A stretch of DNA of 64,000 bases from Macrostomum lignano (lineage: Eukaryota), in assembly GCA_002269645.1 (NCBI GenBank), contig NIVC01001141.1:62001-126000 (forward strand). The letters are read 5' to 3'. A program made the translations under genes and the position numbers. Under the pieces are notes generated by a model. That model saw only the letters and a list, made by a program, of their open reading frames with translations, made no database searches and was not told the DNA's origin. Position 1 is the first letter of the stretch. Each line of letters opens with the position of its first letter. Below, piece after piece: positions 47,516-60,500 of this stretch.

Positions 47516-50500
47516 TCACGTGAGGGCGCCCCTGTCGCGGTGCCAGTGCAGGAGGATGGCGGCAGCGGCGATGCAGCAGGGCAGGTACATGAGCAGGGTG
47601 ATGCCGGTGATGCCGATGGTCATGGCAGTGCAGTGCGGTTCCGAGCTGAGTCGCGTGAGGAACGAGCAGGTCACGAATGCCACGTTGAGCGCCAGGATGA
47701 GGCAGTGGAGACTGCAGTTGGTGATGATCAAGCAGGGGTTCAGGAACAGGCGGGTGCCGCAGCAGCCAAGGGTTACGCTGAGCAAAGCTGCTGCGAAGGA
47801 GCCGACGGCGATGCCGATGCCGATGCCTGCGGAGGTTTGGGAGGGAGGGAGATGAGAGTGCCGCGTCCTGACGCTCAGGGAGACCGCTGGTGTGTTGGGA
47901 GGGAGGGAGATGAGAGTGCCGCGTCTTGGCGCTCAGGGAGACCGCTGGTGTGCGGGGAGGGAGGGAGATGAGAGTGCCGCGTCCTGACGCTCAGGGAGAC
48001 CGCTGGTGTGCGGGGAGTTTCCGGAGTGCTGGGGGAGTCCCGAGTGCATTTTCGGATTCTTCGGTGCTCGTTGGCATTACGCAGGGCTCGTGGCAAATCC
48101 CGAGTGCTCGCGAGGATTCTTGGGAGGGATTCCCGTCAGAGTTCCAAAGTACTTATGTAGGTATTTGCCCATACATTAATGTCGAAAGAAGTTTGTTAAT
48201 TCCACGGTCGGAGCACGAAGGCAGAGAGGCCGAACTTGGGAGAACGAGGCACGCAGACGCGCAAAAGAGCCCCATAGACGTGGGACAATGAAACGATTTA
48301 TTTCGAGTTAAACAAGCGATCGGCAATAGCCTTAAAGACAAGTGAAGCAACTTGTAATCAAGATAAAAGAAGACAAAAAGAAAAATTGACTCGCGCAAAC
48401 AGACAAGCGAGCCAAAACACGCGAGCAGTCTTTAAAACCAGAGCGGGGTGGGTGCGCGCGGGGCAGAGAGACGGAGGGGGAGGGGGTGCGCGCGGGGCAG
48501 AGAGACGGAGGGGGAGGGGTGCGCGCGGGGCAGAGAGACGGAGGGGAGGGGTGCGCGCGGGGCAGAGAGACGGAGGGGGAGGGGTGCGCGCGGGGCAGAG
48601 AGACGGAGGGGGAGGGGTGCGCGCGGGGCAGAGAGACGGAGGGGGAGGGGTGCGCGCGGGGCAGAGAACCGGAGGGGAGGGGGTGCGCGCGGGGCAGAGA
48701 GACGGAGGGGGAGGGGGTGCGACGGGGGAGAGAGAGTACGCACGGAGCACAAAGCGGCCAGAGCAGGGGAGAGCGCAAAGGAGCGGTGCCCGACCGGTCG
48801 TTAACAACCGTAAACGTCACCCCGTGAAGGGGCACGCTTACGGGCAATTTATAAACAAAACCAGAAGGTAACTCTGCCGAAAGAAGTTGGTTCCCAATCA
48901 CAGCTATCACGCCAGTGCAGCAACACCCAATGCAGTTTTGCAGTAGAAGCGTATTCTGCTTTCAGGCTCGTCAACAAGTTGGCGAAATTAATGTCATGCT
49001 TCATCAATAATAGCAGGGTTGAGCATGTAGATCGAATCCAGGGCTGAGCAGAGCCTGAGCTGTAGCCGCACCGCCTTGACTCAGGATTTGCACTCCTAAT
49101 TGCAGCCGAAATTGCTGGCCAGAGTCGCAGCGTCCCCGCAGCCCGCAAGTTAATGCCAATTGCCACTGTGCTCCGCATCAACTGCAGCACAATGATTTGG
49201 GCAGCTTCGTTTTTCAGTGACTGTTTATCGTACTTTTGCGCAGAGCAGGCAAAGAAGGCAACTGTGGGAGTCTGCTGAGATCATCATCGGAGAATTTTTT
49301 GCTCATGCGATTCTCCAACTGAGAAAAAATGGCCTCGGCTGCCGGGGGCGGGGCCGGCACATCGGTTGCCATGGAGACAGGAGGAGCTGGCGTGAAAAAG
49401 TTTCCCGGCCGACTCCCGCATCGACCTGACTTCCTCAGTCGATAGGGAGGGGTGGATGACCCCTGAATTAGAGCAGATTAGAGCGTGGAACAAAGAGAGC
49501 TCAAAGGGCTCTGGGCTGGCCTGGCTGCCCGCAGCAGTCAATGGGGACAACAGTTTGCCCTTTTTCCATTGGCAAATGGCAAAAAATAGAATCCGTGTCT
49601 GACACTCGCTTTCTAAGCCTGACTATCGGCTACCGTCAGCTGTGAGCTTGTTTAGTGAGCACAACTCCTCTGATGAACAGATGACACAGGATTGAGCTCG
49701 TTTAGTGAGCACAACTCCTCTGAGGAACAGATGACACAGGATTGAGCTCGTTTAGTGAGCACAACTCCACTGAGGAAGAGATGACACAGGATTGAGCTCG
49801 TTTAGTGAGCACAACTCCTCTGATGAACAGATGACACAGGATTGAGCTCGTTTAGTGAGCACAACTCCACTGAGGAAGAGATGACACAGGATTGAGCTCG
49901 TTTAGTGAGCACAACTCCACTGAGGAAGAGATGACACAGGATTGAGCTCGTTTGGTGAGCACAACTCCACTGAGGAAGAGATGACACAGGATTGAGCTCG
50001 TTTAGTGAGCACAACTCCACTGAGGAACAGATGACCCAGGATTGAGCTCGTTTAGTGAGCACAACTCCACTGAGGAACAGATGACCCAGGATTGAGCTGC
50101 TGGCAATTATCTCACTTTTGCTAATCCCAGGGTGCTTAACGCTGGCAGAGTGAAAAAATGTCAAGCGTGATTTTGAGCGGATGCTTCCTGTGCTTCCTGG
50201 GCCTTGGCAGGTCTGAGCTCGCTTTCCAATTCCCCAGATTTTTAGATCGTTGAGATTGCTGAGCAGATCCCGTCGCGGCAACGGCGACTAAAAACAGACG
50301 GCTGATCCCCGAGGTCGCGTGACCGCCAGTTGGGAAAGCCGCGCACTCTTTTTCTCTAAGGACTGCTCAAATATTTGAGGGCTCCCCGCTTAGCAGAGCA
50401 AAGGCTGAAATCGGGGAAGGCGTGGAGAGCGGGACGAAAATCAAATGAGTTGCGAGAGGAAAAACACGGCGGGGCGGCCGCGCAGGAAGGAGCGGAGCTG

Positions 50501-53423
50501 GGATCGGAAGTGGCCGGGCCGCTCCCGCTGACAAAAACGTCGAAATTATTCCCGGGATCTGGGGGAACGCGGAGAGATCCCAGTTTCCGAGCCTCGGGGC
50601 TGGCTGGAGTGGGCGGGCTCGGCTCGGTCGGGGGAAGAGGCCGGCAGCCCCGGGGTTGGGCGAATAAAACTGGAGGCTTTTTGGAGGCGGCCTGCTCTCC
50701 TGCCTTTCCCTCCTTCCCGGATCCGCAGAGTACCTCACTTTGCGCAAGCCAACAAGCTTCTCAGCAGTCTGTTGCCATGGCAACGTGATTGAGGAGCTAG
50801 AAGACAGGTAGGGCAGAGGAGCGGGTGGGAGCGGCGGGCTCAGCCAGTGCATTTGGGTTCTGGCGGAGAGTGCAGCCGGAATCTGCGCCACTGGGGCTGC
50901 GCTGCCTTCAGTTGATCCTTTTAAAGAACTCGGGAGGTCAGAGATAGCGATTCGGCAGTCGCAAGCCAGAGCTGCATGCTGAGGAGTCTAAGGTGCCATA
51001 CAGAGTGCAGCCAATGCCAGCTGCTGGGCCAAACTTCAAGACTTGTCCTCTCTGCTGCCAGGGACTTTTGGCAGAAAAGCTGGCTTCTGTGTCTGCTAGG
51101 GTTTGGGTTTAGAGTTGGGTAGGGAATAATCTGGGCCAATGTCTGAGTATCAAATTTGCAACTGCAACTCGAAACTGCACGCGACGGGGAACAGCGATGA
51201 TGGGGCGAGGGAAACGCTCTCTCAGGGACGCGCAGGGGAGCCCGGGCCGTTATCTGCGGCTGCTGTGGGATGAAGACAGGGAAAAGAAGTGGCGAAGGGA
51301 GCTTTGGCAATACAGTGAGGCGGATCGGAGGGAGAGGAATTGCCAAGCACTGCGGGTTGAAGCTGCATTGGGGGAGCCAGAAGAGGGTAGGGCCAGCCCG
51401 CACCCACTCGGCTTTCAGCCGCAGGTTCGGATCAGGAGAAACGGCCGGAGACAAACTTCTCTCGGGAGAGCTTAACAGTTACTGAAGGTGCAAGCATTCA
51501 AGATGCGAATGAAACTTTCTCAGATAGTCTTCGAGAGGAATTTTCTCTGGGGGAATTACTGCAGTTACGAGCGGCGAATTTGGGATCAGAAGCTTAGAGA
51601 GATGGGCGAGTCTCTCAGCCAGCTTGCAGTGCCTCAGCCAGCTTGCAGTGTCTCAGCCAGCTTGCAGTGCCTCAGCCAGCTTGCAGTGCCTCAGCCAGCT
51701 TGCAGTGCCTCAGCCAGCTTGCAGTGTCTCAGCCAGCTTGCAGTGCCTCAGCCAGCTTGCAGTGCCTCAGCCAGCTTGCAGTGCCTCAGCCAGCTTGCAG
51801 TGTCTCAGCCAGCTTGCAGTGTCTCAGCCAGTTCGGGAGGAGCCGGGAGCCAGGGACTATCCGCGAGCAAACAGCTAGCCCACGGACTCCCAGAGTTCCG
51901 GATGCGAACAAAATGTTTTCGCGCAGCTTCGGCTGTTTCCTCTGTTCTTCGCTGTTTGCCAGTGCCAGGCCAGAGCCAGCGCCCCCCCCCCCAATGCAAG
52001 CGGTAAGCTTCCAATTATTCCCGGCGCATTGTTTGCAAAGTGAAAAACTGCAGCTGCAAATCGGGGGTATGAAAGCTGTCAGCTCGCAGATTTTGCAACC
52101 TGCCCACACTTTGATTGGCAGCTCAGGCAGAGCTGACTGCGGCAACAAGGCAGCCGCTCGTTTTTCAGTTGGTTTCGGTGAAGGGCCTTGAGAGCTCCTG
52201 TCATTCGAGACCTGCGAGATCTGGGCAGTTGCTGCTGATGGATATTTTGGCTCCTTGACACTTTTGAGTCGGCTCACCTGGCATGATGATGCACTGAGAG
52301 CCAGCTCACCTGGCATGATGATGCACTGACTGAGAGCCAGCTCACCTGGCATGATGATGCACTGAGAGCCAGCTCACCTGGCATGATGATGCACTGAGAG
52401 CCAGCTCACCTTGCATGATGATGCACTGAGAGCCAGCTCACCTGGCATGATGATGCACTGAGAGCCAGCTCACCTTGCATGATGATGCACTGAGAGCCAG
52501 CTCACCTGGCATGATGATGCACTGACTGAGAGCCAGCTCACCTGGCATGATGATGCACTGAGAGCCAGCTCACCTGGCATGATGATGCACTGAGAGCCAG
52601 CTCACCTGGCATGATGATGCACTGAGAGCCAGCTCACCTGGCATGATGATGCACTGAGAGCCAGCTCACCTTGCATGATGATGCACTGAGAGCCAGCTCA
52701 CCTGGCATGATGATGCACTGACTGAGAGCCAGCTCACCTGGCATGATGATGCACTGAGAGCCAGCTCATCTGGCATGATGATGCACTGAGAGCCAGCTCA
52801 CCTGGCATGATGATGCACTGAGAGCCAGCTCACCTGGCATGATGATGCACTGAGAGCCAGCTCATCTGGCATGATGATGCACTGAGAGCCAGCTCACCTT
52901 GCATGATGATGCACTGAGAGCCAGCTCATTTGGCATGATGATGCACTGAGAGCCAGCTCACCTTGCATGATGATGCACTGAGAGCCAGCTCAATCCCCCA
53001 GTCAGGTTAATGAAATGGTGGAGGCAATGGCGGAAATTGAAAATCTGAACAGGCCGCGCCAGCAAGCTGCAGGGCAAAGGCGGGGCTTCAAAGTGCATCC
53101 CACAAAGGGCGCTCAAGAGATGGAAAATGAAGTCTGCGAGTCTCTGAGCACCTGATAGAAGGCGGGCCAGGGGGTGCTGGGAGCAGATTGGACTCCTAAT
53201 TGGACTCTGGGTGCACAAAAGCCCTCAAACGCCGTACCCGAGCCGCGGTGCAGCTGTAGCTGATGAAGATGATGTCAGCCACCAGCGCCACGATGCCGTT
53301 GATGGCGACCCCCGCCGCGCTGGTGGCCAGCTTCCGCTTGTCATTCCGCACCTTCTCCTCCCGGCTCTCCGTGTTCTCCGTCACGTTCGCCTGCACTTTT
53401 GTTGCCGGCGCGATGAACGGCAT
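47516..53423 (-). CDS. Putative four-TM small membrane protein (~170 aa); exons 53423-53238, one 16-nt microexon from the 52278-52977 array, 47826-47516
   Basis: Exon 1 ends in phase 0 after one TM and the last exon starts in phase 1 with three TMs. The microexon TGCATCATCATGC(C/A)AG bridges the phases, giving ..SYSCTAAR-CIIM(P/Q)-GIGIGIAVGSF.. Family not recognised. Confidence 0.55.
47836..48012. repeat. ~55-60-bp tandem repeat x3 abutting the 3' splice site at 47827
   Basis: GGGAGGGAGATGAGAGTGCCGCGTC..GCTCAGGGAGACCGCTGGTGTG repeated three times. It is the pyrimidine tract on the minus strand. Confidence 0.85.
48451..48722. repeat. G-rich 32-34-bp minisatellite, ~8 units
   Basis: Unit GGGGTGCGCGCGGGGCAGAGAGACGGAGGGGGA. 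Confidence 0.9.
49648..50098. repeat. 50-bp minisatellite, ~9 units
   Basis: ATGACACAGGATTGAGCTCGTTTAGTGAGCACAACTCC(A/T)CTGAGGAA(G/C)AG with period 50. Confidence 0.93.
51613..51831. repeat. 19-bp minisatellite, ~11 units
   Basis: (C/T)CTCAGCCAGCTTGCAGTG with period 19. Confidence 0.93.
52273..52993 (-). repeat. 32-bp (three 36-bp) tandem array, 22 units, each an AG|16-nt|GT cassette on the minus strand
   Basis: Minus-strand unit gtgagctggctctcag|TGCATCATCATGCCAG. CTCA starts run from 52273 to 52989. Confidence 0.95.
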
Positions 53424-54059
53424 GTCGGCCCCTCCTGCTGGGCTGCGGAGGCTGGGCTCGGATGAGGCGGACCGGCTTTGAAAGTCGCGGCTTCAAAGGC
53501 TGACAGGTTTTTTGAGCGACCCAGACTTCCAGTCTCCTCAGCTTCATCACTTTCCATTCGATAACCTCTTCCTCTCTTCTCCTGCTGCTCTTCCATTGGG
53601 TGGCGGATCTGGGGCTGGGGCTGGGCGGGGGCTGGGGCTGGGGCTGGGGCGGGGAGAGCTGTTCGGACGGTTTTAGAGATTTGGATCAGGTGGCCCAATT
53701 TCCCCGAGAGTTAATTTGTCTGCTTAGCGCTCCATAATGGAGCTCATTTCCACAGCGCCCTGAGCGGCAACCCCCCAGCTGCCAACTGCATCCAACAGCA
53801 TCGCTGATTGCATCGGTACGCTGTGCTTTCTGATCCGCATTGCAATAAAGAATTTAGGCCAGACGGCAAACAATTTTACGAGTACTTGCCTCAAATCACG
53901 GCAGGAGCTCGATCGCAAATATGGAGGAATTCATGATTAAAGCACAATGATTTATTGACAATCCGATAGGGCAGCTTGCCTGAGGGGCATGGAAATTTGT
54001 TGGACCCTCAGCCATTGCTTAGCATTCGGTCACGCAAACCCTAGTGTTCTATCATTCCA

Positions 54060-54211
54060 TATAGATTACATTTGATCACTGTTCTATAGACACTCAATCA
54101 CTGTTCTATAGACCCTCAATCACTGGTCTATAGACACTCAATCACTGGTCTATAGACACTCAGTCACTGTTCTATAGACACTCAATCACTGTTCTATAGG
54201 CACTCAATCAT
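54060..54211. repeat. 22-bp minisatellite, ~6 units
   Basis: ATAGACACTCAATCACTG(T/G)TCT repeated. Confidence 0.85.
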
Positions 54212-54538
54212 TGTTCAGCTGTCGCATGCTTCTGTGCTGAGCTAAAAGTCTAGAATAATCACGAACTAATCACAGAAAATACTTAATATAATGGGGTGCG
54301 GCACTGAGGGGAGGCAGCGCAGAAAGTCAGAACCAGTGAGGAGCGACTCAAAGTCGTCTCAGCGTGCATTCGGGGGGGAGCAGAAAAAGAGGATAAATGT
54401 GCAGAAATTTGGCGAAATTTGTCAAAAAGCCTGAAAAGTGAAGTTTTTTTCACTCTGATAAAAGATTGGTGATTGAGTCAGGACTCTGAATATGCTGATT
54501 AAATAGATAAAAAGTACTTCTTAGCGGTACACAGGCTC

Positions 54539-57500
54539 TCATGGCTTGGATTTAGATTTTTCGGTGGGCAGAGACTTCAGCTTCCGGTCATCATGCTCCT
54601 CCAATCGCGGCGATGACTTGCCATCAATGATCACCGAGGTCCGCGCTGCTGGTGCCGCGGTGCCCGAGTCTGCGGTAAGTTACCGGTTTCATTGTTTGTC
54701 TTTTGATGTGACTGGTTAATTAGTACCAGCTGCTGCTTGGTCATGTGACTTGTTGATGATTGGTGCCTGCTGCTTGGTCATGTGACTTGTTGTTGATTGG
54801 TGCCTGCTGCTTGGTCATGTGACTTGTTGATGATTGGTGCCTGCTGCTTGGTCATGTGACTTGTTGTTGATTGGTGCCTGCTGCTTGGTCATGTGACTTG
54901 TTGATGATTGGTGCCTGCTGCTTGGTCATGTGACTTGTTGTTGATTGGTGCCTGCTGCTTGGTCATGTGACTTGTTGATGATTGGTGCCTGCTGCTTGGT
55001 CATGTGACTTGTTGTTGATTGGTGCCTGCTGCTTGGTCATGTGACTTGTTGATGATTGGTGCCTGCTGCTTGGTCATGTGACTTGTTGTTGATTGGTGCC
55101 TGCTGCTTGGTCATGTGACTTGTTGATGATTGGTGCCTGCTGCTTGGTCATGTGACTTGTTGTTGATTGGTGCCTGCTGCTTGGTCAGTGTGACTTGTTG
55201 TTGATTGGTGCCTGCTGCTTGGTCAGTGTGACTTGTTGATGATTGGTGCCTGCTGCTTGGTCATGTGACTTGTTGTTGATTGGTGCCTGCTGCTTGGTCA
55301 TGTGACTTGTTGTTGATTGGTGCCTGCTGCTTGGTCAGTGTGACTTGTTGATGATTGGTGCCTGCTGCTTGGTCAGTGTGACTTGTTGATGATTGGTGCC
55401 TGCTGCTTGGTCAGTGTGACTTGTTGATGATTGGTGCCTGCTGCTTGGTTAGTGTGACTTGTTGATGATTGGTGCCTGCTGCTTGGTCAGTGTGACTTGT
55501 TGATGATTGGTGCCTGCTGCTTGGTCATGTGACTTGTTGATGATTGGTGCCTGCTGCTTGGTCAGTGTGACTTGTTGATGATTGGTGCCTGCTGCTTGGT
55601 CAGTGTGACTTGTTGATGATTGGTGCCTGCTGCTTGTCAGTGTGACTTGTTGATGATTGGTGCCTGCTGCTTGGTTAGTGTGACTTGTTGATGATTGGTG
55701 CCTGCTGCTTGGTCATGTGACTTGTTGATGATTGGTGCCTGCTGCTTGGTCATGTGACTTGTTGATGATTGGTGCCTGCTGCTTGGTCATGTGACTTGTT
55801 GATGATTGGTGCCTGCTGCTTGGTCATGTGACTTGTTGATGATTGGTGCCTGCTGCTTGGTCAGTGTGACTTGTTGATGATTGGTGCCTGCTGCTTGGTC
55901 AGTGTGACTTGTTGATGATTGGTGCCTGCTGCTTGGTCATGTGACTTGTTGATGATTGGTGCCTGCTGCTTGGTTAGTGTGACTTGTTGATTGGTGTCTG
56001 CTGCTGCTTGGTCAGTGTGAATTGTTGATGATTGGTGCCTGCTGCTTGGTAGGTGTGACTGGTTGATTGGTGCCTGCTGCTTGGTTAGTGTGACTTGTTG
56101 ATGATTGGTGCCTGCTGCTTGGTCAGTGTGACTTGTTGATGATTGGTGCCTGCTGCTTGGTCAGTGTGACTTGTTGATGATTGGTGCCTGCTGCTTGGTC
56201 AGTGTGACTTGTTGATGATTGGTGCCTGCTGCTTGGTCATGTGACTTGTTGATGATTGGTGCCTGCTGCTTGGTTAGTGTGACTTGTTGATTGGTGTCTG
56301 CTGCTGCTTGGTCAGTGTGAATTGTTGATGATTGGTGCCTGCTGCTTGGTAGGTGTGACTGGTTGATTGGTGCCTGCTGCTTGGTTAGTGTGACTTGTTG
56401 ATTGGTGTCTGCTGCTGCTTGGTCAGTGTGAATTGTTGATGATTGGTGCCTGCTGCTTGGTAGGTGTGACTGGTTGATTGGTGCCTGCTGCTTGGTTAGT
56501 GTGACTTGTTGATTGGTGTCTGCTGCTGCTTGGTCAGTGTGAATTGTTGATGATTGGTGCCTGCTGCTTGGTAGGTGTGACTGGTTGATTGGTGCCTGCT
56601 GCTTGTTCAGTGTGACTGGTTGATTGGTGCCTGCTGCTTGTTCAGTGTGCCTTCCCACCCAGCCAACCGCCATGGTCACCCAACAGTGTCTCCTACCGTT
56701 TGAAGCGGGTGGCTTGGTGCCCGTCTTCGGCTTCGGTTTCGGAGCCGTCGCAGGCGGCGGCTGCTGCTCACTTTCAGCTTTGCGCAGGACGGATTTGGCG
56801 AGGTCGTCCTTGCTGATGGCCATCGGGTGCTGCCTGCCGGCAGCAGACGACCCGAGCTGGTGGCGTCGAGGGTGAGGAGGCCGCGCTGCTCTCTTCCTCT
56901 GGCCTAGCGAGCAGTTTCTGCTGCACATGCGGCGGCGGCGCGCCGAAGCCCATGAGCGGCACGGCTCCCACCGGCAGTTTCCGAGCGGCCCCTTGAGTAG
57001 CTGCCGCAGGCGGCGGCTGCTTCGGCTCGTCCGCGTCGCGCTGCTCAAACACGGGATCAGCCTCGAGATCCACGTCGATCTCTTCGTCAGGCTCTGGCTC
57101 GCTGTCCTCCTTTTCCTTCGCCTCCTCCGACTGCCGCTGGCGCAGCAGGTTTGAGGTGGGTAGCCGGCGGTTTTGGTTCCCGACCGGCCGGCGGGGCAGC
57201 GCCTGCAGTGAACGCTGTTTATCTGCATCGGAGCCGTCAGCCTTGCCTTCGTCGACGCTGATTTCGATGAGCTCCGTTATCTTGGCGGACCCCTTCTTGC
57301 CAAAGACGGAGATCGGCCGCGTGTTGCGTCGGCCGTCGTTGTGGAGCGACTGCGGCTCCGGCGTCTTCGGCGACTGCGAGTCGGCGGCGTCGCTCTCCGA
57401 CGTCTTCTGGGACTCGTTGCGGCGTAGGTTCGGCTTGAGCATCTTTGAGCGCATCAGCTTGCTCTGCGGGGCGTTGCGGGGCTCTTGAATTTCACTGCTG

Positions 57501-60500
57501 CACCATCGGAGCGCTACAACCAACTATAAATCTAAGCAGGGCCGGACTGGCAATATTAACAGGCAGGTCTCACCAGAGTCTGCTCCGCCATCTGCAAGTT
57601 GTGCCCAATGGCCTCCTGCATGCAGTCATTGATGAGCAGCGCACTGTTGAGCTGCAGAGCTCTGCAGGCGGCGGGTTGGGGCAGGAGGAAGCTGACTGAG
57701 GCTTGAGAAAATACATAGAGGTGAGGAGAATGACAAACTTAGTTTGAAGTTTTTGAGTCTCCAGTCTAGTATTGCTTCTAAACTCTTTAAGTAGAAAACA
57801 TTGTGAAGACACCCGGGCCCAATAGCTCGTCCATTCCTTTCTGACAGTGGTCTTTGTCTTGCCTGCAAACACCTGGGACTGGCGGCAGTGCTTCAGCAGG
57901 AACCACTTATGCGAAACAGGAGGTAACGCTCGCGTTCCACAGGAATTCATTTGATTGCATGGGATTGCATCAACACGGATAAATAACGCGGAAAGTCTTG
58001 GGACGAGAAAAATGCTTCTATACACGATACAGTAAAGAGATAGAGGATGAACGGCAACTTTGTTCCAATTGTCTGTGCTTGACCGTTTTTTTATTAGAGG
58101 CAAGGGGGGTTGTGTGCACCCTGGCGCCCTTTAAGCGAAATAGGCACACAACCGGCAAGAGGCATTACTGCCCATTCCGCCGACTCCCCTGAGCAGGCAT
58201 ACAAGCGCGCGGATACGTACGCAGGCACACACTCACACAGGAGTGTACAGCGGCCCTAACTTTATTTTATCGTTAAGCATGTACACTTCACTGCGCCTTG
58301 GGGGTTGGCTCTCAAGGCCGTTAATTGCACGAGCAGAGCCAAGCCGAGATTCCAATTCAGCTTCAAATTAATGTGACTGCACTTGGAATCGAGCCTGGGT
58401 CGCTGGCACACCAGAGCCTGCGCTAGACCGCTGGGCTACGGCCCCCCTTGTGCTTGACCGTTTCCAGCAGCACTTTTGTTGACTTTAGGTCGATAAACTT
58501 CAGTAGCAACTTGGACCAAGCACGTTCCAACTTCATGTGATCGTTGTGATAGCCGTCCTCCATTATGCGCCTAAAGATACCCATTTTCTATCTTTCAAAA
58601 GCAAATTTAAAGCAAAATTGCAACACCGCAACTTCTGTGTTCCTTCTACTTTAGCCTAAGACTGCACTGAGCGGCCAAGGGCTTCTCACGTCAACTTGCT
58701 GGCCACGCTGGCCATGGCCGACCGCTCGAGAAGGGTGAGCACGGAGGCCGCGGAGAACTGGCTCTGCTCCGACGCGAGGCGGTTACGCAGCGTCGCGGCC
58801 AGGCTTGGGTCCGCCTTGAAGGCGTTCGGGCACTCCGCCTCCAGGAACTGCAGCATCGCCTCCTGAGTGCCGCCCAGGTCAGCCGAGGCGGCGTCCAGCA
58901 GCGGCTGCGCCAGCTGCTTGCGGACGCAGTGGCTAATGGACTCGGCCGGCCAAGAATCAGCTACCCCAGACAGGCCGGTCAGCAGGTAGCGGGCGGACAG
59001 CGCGTCCCGCATGGCTGCCCGACAGCGCTGCTCGCACTCGGCTACTTCCGGGTCCGGATCGGACTTGTCGATGGCCTTGAGACTGTGGTCGAGCCGGCTG
59101 GCCAGGTGATCGAGGCTGAAGGCGTAGCTGCCCAGCTCGGACTGCAGGCGGTAGTCTCGGCCGGTGACCTGGTAGGTGGCCGAGTGGTTCTTCAGCAGAG
59201 CCTGCTGCAGGCTGGCCAGCGCGGCGTTCACGGAGCTCGCGGCACTGGGGTCGGCCAGAATGCGGGCGATGTCCATGGCCGGCACCGGCATGCTGCACAG
59301 GCTGGAGTTGAACTGCAGCGCCTCCGTGATGTCCCTCAAGCCAGAGAGTCCGATGTGGTTGTCGTCCAGCCGCACCTCCGTCAGGCTGGAATTCAGGTAA
59401 AGGCTCTTGGCCAGGAACTTCGCGCCCAGGTCCTGCATCCAGTTGCCACTGATGTCCAGCTTGCTGAGGTTGCGGCACTGGCCGATGGCATTTAGGAGCA
59501 CCACGATCTTGTCGCGCAGGCGGGAGTCTCGCAGGGATAGCGACTCGAGTGTCTGGAATTGAGGAGCGGCTGACTGACTGACTGACTGACTGACTGACTG
59601 ACTGACTGACTGACTGACTGACTGACTGACTGACTGACTGACTGACTGACTGACTGACTGACTGACTGACTGACTGACTGACTGACTGACTGACTGACTG
59701 ACTGACTGACTGACTGACTGACTGACTGACTGACTGACTGACTGACTGACTGACTGACTGACTGACTGACTGACTGACTGACTGACTGACTGACTGACTG
59801 ACTGACTGACTGACTGACTGACTGACTGACTGACTGACTGACTGACTAAGAAGAGTACTTACACACTTGGAATCCGTGACCAATTCGGAGAACTCATCCA
59901 GATTGACGTCCCTGAAATTGAAAGTGCGGAGTGAGTCCTTATTCCCGGCAGGAAAGATTGTGCCGCCATCCATCATGGGCGTTTGCACTGCACTTACTTG
60001 GCCCTAAAGTTGTTCCCGCCAATTGACAGGTGTCGGATGGAGGATCGGCAAACTGCCTCCACAACTCGGTTCAGCTCGGAGTCGAATGCTGGAAAGTTAA
60101 AATGCATCTTCCGCTGTTAGACAGCTGTGTGCGCTGTACAATGACTTGGTACAGAGAAGCTACAGGGCAGCAACAGGACAGCAACGGGGCAGCAACAGGG
60201 CAGCAACAGGGCAGCAACAGGACAGCAACAGGGCAGCAACAGAGCAGCAACAGGACAGCGACATGCATTATCAGATTAGCACCGCACCATTATCGCTAAG
60301 ATCCAGGGCCTCGAGGCAGCTGATAGAGCAGCTGTTGAGGCAGCTGCAAAGCACATGGGCTCCGGCCACTCCGAACTCATTCGAGGCGAGTTCCAGCCGA
60401 ACTCCTTTCAGATCCTTGTTGGAGCCGAGGCCGCTGAGCAGGTCGGAGATGGCCTGAGGCGGCAGTCGGCAGGAGTTGAGGCGGAGAAGCCGGAGGCGCA

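Noticed and set aside
50740-50800. Alternative middle exon for the four-TM gene
   Set aside because: It has AG/GT ends, but the phase-0 frame contains TGA and the phases do not bridge the flanking exons.
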